32,107 nucleotides of DNA. It comes from a virus (taxonomy: Duplodnaviria > Caudoviricetes). Numbering within the stretch: position 1 is the stretch's first letter; every line of letters starts with the position of its first letter. This document shows positions 1 to 6,555 of the stretch, piece by piece. The stretch is taken from positions 1 through 32,107 of the IMG/VR virus record IMGVR_UViG_3300036804_000341, one strand, 5' to 3'. A program made the translations under genes and the position numbers. The notes beneath the pieces were generated by a model, which made no database searches, was not told where the DNA came from, and saw nothing but the letters and a program-made list of their open reading frames with translations.

Positions 1-366
1 CTACTCCACTTTCAGCACATGATCACCACTGGCGGCGATGGCCTTGCGGTTAGGCAATGAAACGATGATACACCCGTCCGACGCTTCCCCTGGATGTTTT
101 GAACTTCCGCCATGAATCATAAAGCCATCACGCCCGCACATATTATTTGAATCGCTGGGTGTCAGGCGCATAGTCCATGCTTTCGTTTTGTGATGGTAAA
201 ACGGGTCGCCTATCGTATAGGTACCGCGAGGCAATGGGCCGTTGCCTTTGACGCATTCTTGTGAAGTGTCATTTTTGTAACCTGGGCGGCCAGAATACAT
301 GCCATCAAATTGATAGGTTCCATTCAGATAAAAAGTGTGTGAACTAACTTTATATACCCATGCCAT
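1..366 (-). CDS. DUF2778/Tlde1-like L,D-transpeptidase-fold protein, putative T6SS peptidoglycan-targeting effector
   Basis: Motifs GPLPRGTY, RLTP, GRDGFMIHG and SDGCI, with putative catalytic H85/C99. Its ATG overlaps the hcp stop (TAATG). Confidence 0.8.
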   Translation of the reverse strand: MAWVYKVSSHTFYLNGTYQFDGMYSGRPGYKNDTSQECVKGNGPLPRGTYTIGDPFYHHKTKAWTMRLTPSDSNNMCGRDGFMIHGGSSKHPGEASDGCIIVSLPNRKAIAASGDHVLKVE

Positions 367-857
367 TATGCAACGCTCCTTTCATTCCATGAATCAGAGT
401 GAATGATATTGCCGTCCAGATAGTGCCAGGTGATTTTCTCGTAACTGAGGTAGAGCGCCTCTAAGTGGTTATGTTTTTCCCAGGCAGGATTTTTTACGTC
501 CATCATGAAAGGCTCAATCTCGTTAATACGCACATTCTCCAGCGTGGTGCGGAAGTATTCTTCTTCCTGGCCGTTATGGTTGATTCTGTAAAACTTTAGC
601 TCGGCCTTTATATACTTCCGGCCGGATGATACCCCTTGATATAGATAAGGCGATGAACTGTCTAATTCTTTGATGATGGCGTAGTCGCCGTGGACACGCT
701 TAGCGGTGATTTTGCCTGTAAGGTCGTCGGTTGGAAGTTCCACATTGTGCATCAGTTCAACCACTTCAATGCTTCCCTCCCTTCCCTGAACATCAACAGA
801 ACCTTTCACCTGATTGCCTGCATCATCGGTTAGCCATAAGTACACCGGAATAGCCAT
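366..857 (-). CDS. hcp: Orphan Hcp/TssD type VI secretion tube protein
   Basis: MAIPVYLWL...KGSVDVQGREGSIEV, D-SSSPYLY and LSYEKITW motifs; 163 aa; GGGG RBS. Confidence 0.93.
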   Translation of the reverse strand: MAIPVYLWLTDDAGNQVKGSVDVQGREGSIEVVELMHNVELPTDDLTGKITAKRVHGDYAIIKELDSSSPYLYQGVSSGRKYIKAELKFYRINHNGQEEEYFRTTLENVRINEIEPFMMDVKNPAWEKHNHLEALYLSYEKITWHYLDGNIIHSDSWNERSVA

Positions 858-1049
858 GTAAACCCCTGTTAAAAATGTAGTTATTTTTTAGGGTAAAATT
901 GTGGCTAATCCATAAATGTGACGGCCGTCAAATAACGCACCTTTTCCACTTTTGTTAGGTCGAATAGTGAATTTAACAAATCATGACGGTGTGTTTCGAT
1001 GGTTCGGTTGGCACTAAATCAGGCTGAAAGCATGTCATAAAAATATATG

Positions 1050-1068
1050 AGGGGACAAAAAGGGGACA
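1050..1068 (+). repeat. Direct repeat AGGGGACA-aaa-AGGGGACA, possible tyrosine-integrase arm-type sites
   Basis: Two 8-bp copies with starts 11 bp apart, about 70 bp left of the att core; resembles the P2 Int arm motif TGTGGACA. Confidence 0.45.
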
Positions 1069-1081
1069 TTCACACTGGCGT

Positions 1082-1111
1082 AAACAAAAAGGCCACTCTT
1101 TCGAGTGGCCT
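1082..1111 (-). terminator. Rho-independent terminator downstream of the tRNA fragment
   Basis: Perfect 9-bp stem AGGCCACTC-tttc-GAGTGGCCT; T-rich tract follows on the minus strand. Confidence 0.85.
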
Positions 1112-1137
1112 AACTGTCTGTATTTACTGATTAAATT

Positions 1138-1183
1138 TGGTGGCCCCTGTTGGGTTTGAACCAACGACCAAGCGATTATGAGT
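1138..1183 (-). other. Phage att core: 3' half of a tRNA-Ile(CAU)/Met-type gene (not a complete tRNA)
   Basis: Minus strand reads ACTCATAATCGCTTGGTCGTTGGTTCAAACCCAACAGGGGCCACCA (anticodon loop, T-arm, acceptor strand, CCA). tRNA similarity stops 5' of the anticodon loop. Phage 186 is known to integrate in a tRNA-Ile gene. Confidence 0.9.
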
Positions 1184-1202
1184 TCCTACCGTAACAACCG
1201 AA

Positions 1203-1215
1203 AATCAATAGTTTG
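1203..1215 (+). promoter_or_regulatory. IHF binding site in the att arm
   Basis: AATCAATAGTTTG matches WATCAANNNNTTR, about 20 bp from the core. Confidence 0.7.
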
Positions 1216-1227
1216 CGTTATTTATCA

Positions 1228-1297
1228 TTGACATAGATTGCCACTGTTTGCCAGTATTTACCCATTGTTCGCCATTTCCATCGCCACTTTATCGCCA
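1228..1297 (-). repeat. Helically phased att-arm repeats (Apl and Int arm-type sites)
   Basis: Hexamers TTGACA/TTGCCA/TTGCCA/TACCCA/TCGCCA x3 at 1228, 1238, 1248, 1259, 1269, 1281, 1292 (10-12 bp spacing). The same TGGC motif is repeated in the pR-pL region. Confidence 0.7.
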
Positions 1298-3024
1298 TCT
1301 GATTGCATCATAATGCTCATATCAGTTGGTTCGACCGTGTTGACCTTTGTGGTATAAACACAATTAACAAAATCTCTCAATGGTGCCAGCTCTGAATCTC
1401 CAACATCTCGGGATGTTAAAAATTTCTCCACAAAGGCTGGACCATGCAGTCCAGTTTCGGCACTAAAGTTCTCAATCTCTCCAACAGGTATTAAAAATAT
1501 ACCTAGAAGCTTTAATTTTTCATCAAGCTCTTTATAAGTTACCCTTATATCCCCTTTCGGTAATCCACTAAACCCATTGTTTTTTACTTCGTGCCATGGT
1601 TTCTTCTGCTTAAATAACTCTTCAACTTTACTTTTCGATATTTTATCGGGGGGCGTGTTGATGATGAATTCTAATAATGATTTTTTGAATTCATCTGGTG
1701 TTTGTGATTTGAATTTTTGTGTAACTTCCGAGTTTATTCTTTCCCAAAGCTTAATGATTTCATCCATTTGTTTGCCATCAGGATCAAATGCATTTAATGT
1801 TCTGGTTAACGTGCTTCTTTCCGATATCAAATCAAAATCGAAAATTGCTTTTACAGGTACACCTGAAGGGCGCAACGCCTCAACTATTCCGGCTACCGCA
1901 TGTTTTCCACCTGTTGGTATATAACATGTGTCTGGGAAGATATTGCCATCGTTTTTTTCTAAATAATCTGCTACATAGTTAAATAACCTACAGTCGCTGT
2001 CATCTTCGCAAATTATAACTTGCTCATGGAATAATGAATCCAATGCATTAGAGTATCGCAGAACTGGTTTTGACCATAGTTGCTCAATCGATTTTTTATC
2101 AATGATATGTATGATGTTTTTATCATCTTCCCGTTGGATTCTTAGGATTTTGATATTGCCTTTCGTACCTTCTAAAAAACCTCTTAATATATCGCTACTA
2201 TGTGTGGCTACAAAAAGCTGTTTTTCAACTTCAGATGATAAAGTATCTCCAAGCATTCTCATTTGTGGTGGGTGAAGAAACGCTTCTGGCTCATCAATCA
2301 TTGTTACATCAAGCTTTTGTACTACGCATTCAAATAATATTCCGGCGTAACTTTTTACTCCATCTCCTTGCATGTCAAGCAGTGGGTTTTGTCTGACTAA
2401 CCTGACATATTCATCACTTACTCTATCGATAACGCCATCAATGTTAGGTACTTTACCTACATGAATTGGTAGGACGCTACCGCCTCTATAATTAAACATG
2501 ATATCTTTGTTAAAAGCTTTTTTGAATAACATGCTTATATGTGACATTAGTGCACTGTTTTCATATAAATAATGTTGCGGACGAGTCTTTGGTTCGTCAG
2601 GTGGAATGCTATTTTGTTGATGGCATATGCCTAATCGTTCATTTGCAGTTACATTTTTTATGAATATAGGGCAGAGGTTCGTTAGTTTATTTCCTGAGTC
2701 CCATGAGTATAGCCAAGAAGTATGTATAGCAATTCCGCCATAAATATAATTTCCATTTATGAAAGAACCATCCCTTAGTAGCATGTTTTCTAAGTCTTGC
2801 TTTGAGCCATTTTTTTTAATAGTAAGCTCTTTTATTACTTTTCCAGAATCAATTGAATTGGTTGAGCTTATCTCTATTATTTCTCTTAGGGTTTGTGATT
2901 TCCCACTATTATTTGGCCCAACAATTATCACTTTCTCATCTTCTTCGAATGAGATTTTTTGGCCACTTGAAAATTCTATATCAGAAATGTAAACCTTTGC
3001 TGTTTGTGTCATTAGAGTCTCCAT
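1258..3024 (-). CDS. OLD-like ATP-dependent nuclease (ABC ATPase + TOPRIM), candidate anti-phage moron
   Basis: Walker A GPNNSGKS, signature-like QGDGVKS, Walker B/D-loop MIDEPEAFLHP, H-loop VATHS, TOPRIM-like VIICEDDSD and AIFDFD; AT-rich; ATG overlaps the int stop. Confidence 0.8.
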   Translation of the reverse strand: METLMTQTAKVYISDIEFSSGQKISFEEDEKVIIVGPNNSGKSQTLREIIEISSTNSIDSGKVIKELTIKKNGSKQDLENMLLRDGSFINGNYIYGGIAIHTSWLYSWDSGNKLTNLCPIFIKNVTANERLGICHQQNSIPPDEPKTRPQHYLYENSALMSHISMLFKKAFNKDIMFNYRGGSVLPIHVGKVPNIDGVIDRVSDEYVRLVRQNPLLDMQGDGVKSYAGILFECVVQKLDVTMIDEPEAFLHPPQMRMLGDTLSSEVEKQLFVATHSSDILRGFLEGTKGNIKILRIQREDDKNIIHIIDKKSIEQLWSKPVLRYSNALDSLFHEQVIICEDDSDCRLFNYVADYLEKNDGNIFPDTCYIPTGGKHAVAGIVEALRPSGVPVKAIFDFDLISERSTLTRTLNAFDPDGKQMDEIIKLWERINSEVTQKFKSQTPDEFKKSLLEFIINTPPDKISKSKVEELFKQKKPWHEVKNNGFSGLPKGDIRVTYKELDEKLKLLGIFLIPVGEIENFSAETGLHGPAFVEKFLTSRDVGDSELAPLRDFVNCVYTTKVNTVEPTDMSIMMQSDGDKVAMEMANNG

Positions 3025-4022
3025 TAGTAATTGCTAATAGGGTTTAGTCTGACTGCATCTTCTAAATGATCTGGTGCAAAATGCGCATAACGCATTGTCA
3101 TTTTGATGTCGGTATGGCCGAGTACGCGCTGTAAGACCAGAATATTACCACCATTCATCATAAAGTGGCTGGCGAAGGTATGGCGTAAAACGTGGGTAAG
3201 TTGCCCTGCCGGTAATTCGATATTTGTTCTTTCGAGTGCAGACCTGAACGCACCATAGCAGTCACTAAATAACCGACCTTTTTTATGATTAGGCATCGAT
3301 TCGTAGAGTACTTCGCTGATCGGAACGGTGCGGTTTTTTCTGCCTTTTGTGTTTGTGAAAGTGATTTTGTATTTTGAGAGCTGGCTTTTTTTCAGGCTCT
3401 CGGCTTCAGACCAGCGAGCACCTGTGGATAGACATATTTTTACCACGGCTTCTAAATCAGGATGATCGTGGTGTCGACACTCTCCGAGCAGCAGCGCAAT
3501 CTGATCGTGAGTCAGCCAGGCCATTTCCATTTCTTCCGTGCGGAAAGGGCGCATATTTTTTAGCGGATTTTCACCCTTCCACTCACCGAGGCGATTTAGC
3601 TCATTGAACACCGCGCGAAAGTAAGCCAACTCAAGATTAAGCGTGCGGGGCGATACCTCTTTAACCCTATTTGAACGGGCATACTCACCCTTTAACCGCT
3701 TTTCCCTATAGCGTGAAAACATCTGCGCATCGAAATCGCGTGCGAGTGGCTCGCCCATGCACTCAAAAGCATGGTGCATAGCGAGCTGCCGCTTTAGGCC
3801 GTCTTTCAATGTAATGCCATGAGCGCTAAACCATGCATCAACCAGCTCTTTTAACGTGCGCTTATCTTCTTTTTCTTCTGACCACGGGTTTTGCACAGTG
3901 TATTGTTCAAAGGCCAACGCCTCACCTTTAGTCGCAAATTTCTTTCTGAAGCGTATGCCTTTTGCCCCATTGGGATAGAGCTCACAAATCCAGCCGCCAG
4001 CAGGATTTTTACGGACAGTCAT
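3024..4022 (-). CDS. int: Tyrosine integrase (186-type)
   Basis: MTVRKNPAGGWICE start; catalytic R (GARWSE), K, HVLRH, LGH and Y (MRYAH); ATG at 4022 overlaps the cI TGA. Confidence 0.97.
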   Translation of the reverse strand: MTVRKNPAGGWICELYPNGAKGIRFRKKFATKGEALAFEQYTVQNPWSEEKEDKRTLKELVDAWFSAHGITLKDGLKRQLAMHHAFECMGEPLARDFDAQMFSRYREKRLKGEYARSNRVKEVSPRTLNLELAYFRAVFNELNRLGEWKGENPLKNMRPFRTEEMEMAWLTHDQIALLLGECRHHDHPDLEAVVKICLSTGARWSEAESLKKSQLSKYKITFTNTKGRKNRTVPISEVLYESMPNHKKGRLFSDCYGAFRSALERTNIELPAGQLTHVLRHTFASHFMMNGGNILVLQRVLGHTDIKMTMRYAHFAPDHLEDAVRLNPISNY

Positions 4023-4594
4023 CAATTTACCTCGCTATACACACCCACCACACGGCCAATCGTTTTTATTTCATCAATTCCACATTCAAAAGGCACTTTG
4101 CCACCTGCTACGTGTAATCTTTTACCAGGCAGTACCGTTAGTTCTCTGAGGCTAATTGCGCCCTCAACATCAACAATCCAAAGGCCATCAGCTAAAGGGG
4201 CATCTTTCTCGATGATGTAACTTTTGCTCTCGCTTCTAACGCAGATAGCACTCTTTAGTGGTTTTTCAAAAAGCTCAGGAGCGATATTCAAAACCCCATT
4301 TTCAGTAAGTCGACCTTCACTTAATGTGAATAATTGGATCTCACAGATCGAATTTGAGTGTTCTTCTGTTTTTTGTGGCCCTTGTCCTGTCAGGATCCAT
4401 TTGATGCTAACGCCAGTTTCAAGGGCGCAGAATGCAGCGAAATCGTAGGAGACATTGCCCCGCGTATATCGGTTTTGCAGCGTACTAGCAGCGATATTGA
4501 AATGGTTTGCGAGCTGGATTTTCTGTGTGAATCCGTAGACCTGACAGATTCTATCTAAAACTTTCTCGTTTGAAATTTGGCTTTCAAAGTCCAT
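4022..4594 (-). CDS. cI: CI immunity repressor (186-type)
   Basis: VLDRICQVYGFTQKIQLANHF HTH and C-terminus GRVVGVYSEVN; start at 4594 gives 190 aa and clears pR. Confidence 0.93.
   Translation of the reverse strand: MDFESQISNEKVLDRICQVYGFTQKIQLANHFNIAASTLQNRYTRGNVSYDFAAFCALETGVSIKWILTGQGPQKTEEHSNSICEIQLFTLSEGRLTENGVLNIAPELFEKPLKSAICVRSESKSYIIEKDAPLADGLWIVDVEGAISLRELTVLPGKRLHVAGGKVPFECGIDEIKTIGRVVGVYSEVN
4316..4330. promoter_or_regulatory. FL-like distal CI operator inside cI
   Basis: TTCAC-ttaat-GTGAA palindrome about 300 bp left of pR, matching the palindrome at 4986-5006. Confidence 0.6.
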
Positions 4595-4610
4595 AAATCG
4601 CAATCTCGTG

Positions 4611-4639
4611 TTGATCAATGCGAATAATCGCATTAGAAT
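4611..4639 (+). promoter_or_regulatory. Lytic promoter pR with an operator palindrome in the spacer
   Basis: TTGATC-N17-TAGAAT; inverted repeat AATGCGA-ataa-TCGCATT at 4617-4634. Confidence 0.75.
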
Positions 4640-4650
4640 TCGGTTGTTGG

Positions 4651-4687
4651 TGGCAGTTGATGGCAAGCGTCGGCAAAACTTTGGCTA
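4651..4687 (+). repeat. Apl operator direct repeats between pR and pL
   Basis: TGGCAG, TGGCAA, CGGCAA, TGGCTA at 4651, 4661, 4671, 4682. Confidence 0.7.
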
Positions 4688-4724
4688 TCACTGTCTGAAA
4701 CTTTCAAATAAGGAATCATGCAAT

Positions 4725-4988
4725 ATGGCTTCTGAAATCGCAATCATCAAAGTGCCTGCACCCATAATTACGCTGCAGCAGTTCGCAGAGCTTGAAGGTG
4801 TTTCTGAGCGTACCGCCTACCGCTGGACAACCGGCGACAACCCTTGTGTGCCAATCGAACCCCGCACAATCCGTAAAGGCTGCAAGAAAGCAGGCGGCCC
4901 GATTCGTATCTATTACGCGCGCTGGAAAGAAGATCAGTTGCGTAAAGCGTTGGGTCATTCCCGTTTTCAACTTGTCATCGGTGCTTAA
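4725..4988 (+). CDS. apl: Apl (Cox-like repressor and excisionase)
   Basis: MASEIAIIK...FQLVIGA, 87 aa, AAGGA RBS, divergent from cI. Confidence 0.93.
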   Translation: MASEIAIIKVPAPIITLQQFAELEGVSERTAYRWTTGDNPCVPIEPRTIRKGCKKAGGPIRIYYARWKEDQLRKALGHSRFQLVIGA

Positions 4989-5006
4989 TTCACTTTATGT
5001 GAATTA
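4986..5006. promoter_or_regulatory. FR-like distal CI operator
   Basis: Perfect palindrome TAATTCAC-tttat-GTGAATTA at the end of apl. Confidence 0.65.
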
Positions 5007-5018
5007 TAAGGATGCAAC

Positions 5019-5045
5019 ATGTTTGATTTTCAGGTTTCCAAACAT
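5019..5045 (-). promoter_or_regulatory. CII binding site of the leftward establishment promoter pE
   Basis: Inverted 7-mers ATGTTTG-N13-CAAACAT at the start of cII, as in 186. Confidence 0.75.
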
Positions 5046-5528
5046 CCACATTATGACGAAGCATGCCGAGCTTTCGCGCAGCGTCACAACATGGCAAAAC
5101 TGGCTGAGCGTGCGGGTATGAACGTCCAAACTCTGCGTAATAAGCTCAACCCGGAACAGCCGCACCAATTCACGCCGCCTGAATTATGGCTGCTGACTGA
5201 TTTAACCGAAGACTCAACCCTTGTTGATGGCTTTTTGGCTCAGATTCATTGTCTGCCATGCGTGCCAGTTAACGAACTAGCGAAAGATAAGCTGCAGTCT
5301 TACGTCATGCGCGCTATGAGTGAACTCGGCGAACTGGCAAGCGGTGCGGTATCGGCTGAACGTATGACCTCAGACCGTAAGTACAGCATGGTTGAAAGCG
5401 TCAATTCGGGAATCCGCATGCTGTCTCTTTCTGCGCTGGCATTGCAGGCGCGCCTGCAGGCCAATCCAGCAATGTCGAGTGTCGTAGATACCATGAGCGG
5501 TATCAGTGCAACATTCGGCTTAATGTGA
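5019..5528 (+). CDS. cII: CII lysogeny-establishment activator
   Basis: MFDFQVSKHPHYDEACRAFA...LRNKLNPEQPHQ, 169 aa, position after apl. Confidence 0.93.
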   Translation: MFDFQVSKHPHYDEACRAFAQRHNMAKLAERAGMNVQTLRNKLNPEQPHQFTPPELWLLTDLTEDSTLVDGFLAQIHCLPCVPVNELAKDKLQSYVMRAMSELGELASGAVSAERMTSDRKYSMVESVNSGIRMLSLSALALQARLQANPAMSSVVDTMSGISATFGLM

Positions 5529-5535
5529 GGTGTTT

Positions 5536-5736
5536 ATGCTACATAACGAACCTTCATTCGCATCGTTGCTGGTAAAGAAAAGCCCCGGCATGCATCACGG
5601 TCATGGCTGGATAACTGGCAAAGATGGTAAGCGCTGGCATCCATGCTATTCACAGGCTGAATTACTGGCTGGTCTTTCCACCCAAAAGCGGGGGGAATCA
5701 TGGCTATTGAAGCTTTGCCGACAACTGCGCCGCTAA
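5536..5736 (+). CDS. fil: Fil-like (DUF2724) early protein
   Basis: EPSFASLLVKKSP...GHGWI.GKDGKRWHP; GAGGTG RBS before ATG 5536. Confidence 0.75.
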   Translation: MLHNEPSFASLLVKKSPGMHHGHGWITGKDGKRWHPCYSQAELLAGLSTQKRGESWLLKLCRQLRR

Positions 5737-6038
5737 AGGCTGGCGAACGTCTGGCCGGTCTGAATCATGTGGCAGAGCTCCGCGCCAGATTTTGGGGGGA
5801 TAGCTGGAAAGAGGTGGTGCGTTTTGTCGACGATATGCGAGACAAACGGGATCCACAATCTGAGGAAAATAACAGAGCTTTGGCCGCAATTTTCTTTCTG
5901 GCAAAAATCCCGGCAGCTCGTCATGAGCTCGAAATGAGTGAGCTGACTACTGACGAGAAAAAGGCGCTTGTTACAGCGATGAACCATTTTCGCGCAGTAG
6001 TGAGCTTATTCCCCAAACGGCTAACCATGCCGAATTAA
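5700..6038 (+). CDS. Conserved P2-like early protein (DUF5347-like)
   Basis: GLNHVAELRA...NHFRAVVSLFPKRLTMPN; synteny. Confidence 0.75.
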   Translation: MAIEALPTTAPLKAGERLAGLNHVAELRARFWGDSWKEVVRFVDDMRDKRDPQSEENNRALAAIFFLAKIPAARHELEMSELTTDEKKALVTAMNHFRAVVSLFPKRLTMPN

Positions 6039-6056
6039 TCCAAACAGAAATTTAAT

Positions 6057-6087
6057 GGCGTAAACCCGCCGGGCTTCTTATTGCCCG
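6057..6087 (+). terminator. Paired hairpins in the early operon (possible tR1-like element)
   Basis: GGCG-taaacc-CGCC followed by CGGGC-ttcttatt-GCCCG; no strong U tract. Confidence 0.35.
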
Positions 6088-6105
6088 AAATCAGGAGATT
6101 TATTT

Positions 6106-6333
6106 ATGTGTAATACCGAAACCCGCAATTTTAAAGCTGAAAGTGATGCTCTGACCGTGATGCTAACCGCAGCTAAACACGAAGAACGAAAAGATCGCGC
6201 TCTCGCCGTTTCAATCCGTCTTGAGGCGTTAGCTGTTCATATAGCCAATAAAGATTTGAGCGGTAAGGAGGCGGCTGAACTGCTGCGCCGTGAAGCCACT
6301 CGCTACGAAAACGAATCGCAGGAGTTGCACTAA
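6106..6333 (+). CDS. DUF2732-family phage protein
   Basis: EAAELLRREA.RYENESQELH C-terminus; AGGAG RBS. Confidence 0.78.
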   Translation: MCNTETRNFKAESDALTVMLTAAKHEERKDRALAVSIRLEALAVHIANKDLSGKEAAELLRREATRYENESQELH

Positions 6334-6554
6334 TGGCCGACGCAATGGATTTAGCGCAACAGCGCGAGCAGGAAGACCGAGACCGCCATATCAACACCGC
6401 ACGCAGCCGCATCGCTGCGCCCTCTCGTTTCTTCTGCGAAGAATGCGACGCACCAATCCCGGAAGCACGCCGTGCCGCAATCCCGGGCGTGGCCTCCTGC
6501 GTGACCTGTCAGCAAATAGCAGAGCTGAAAAATATACACTATCGGGGGGTATGA
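6333..6554 (+). CDS. TraR/DksA C4 zinc-finger protein
   Basis: MADAMDLAQ, CEEC..PIPEARR.AIPGV..CVTCQ. Confidence 0.9.
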   Translation: MADAMDLAQQREQEDRDRHINTARSRIAAPSRFFCEECDAPIPEARRAAIPGVASCVTCQQIAELKNIHYRGV

Positions 6555-6555
6555 A

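Noticed and set aside
973-1164. 63-aa ORF across the att core
   Set aside because: It overlaps the tRNA fragment and terminator and has no protein-like features.
1138-1210. Complete tRNA gene
   Set aside because: Only anticodon loop to CCA is present; the D-arm and 5' acceptor strand are replaced by phage arm sequence.
1228-1297. CRISPR-like or tandem repeat array
   Set aside because: Units are 6 bp with 10-12 bp spacing, explained as protein-binding sites in the att arm.
1258-3024. Gabija, retron or two-gene PARIS system
   Set aside because: No UvrD helicase, reverse transcriptase/msr-msd or second ATPase gene is adjacent.
4595-4724. N-terminal extensions of cI (to 4666) and apl (from 4608)
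   Set aside because: They run over the pR/pL switch; downstream ATGs give the expected protein sizes.
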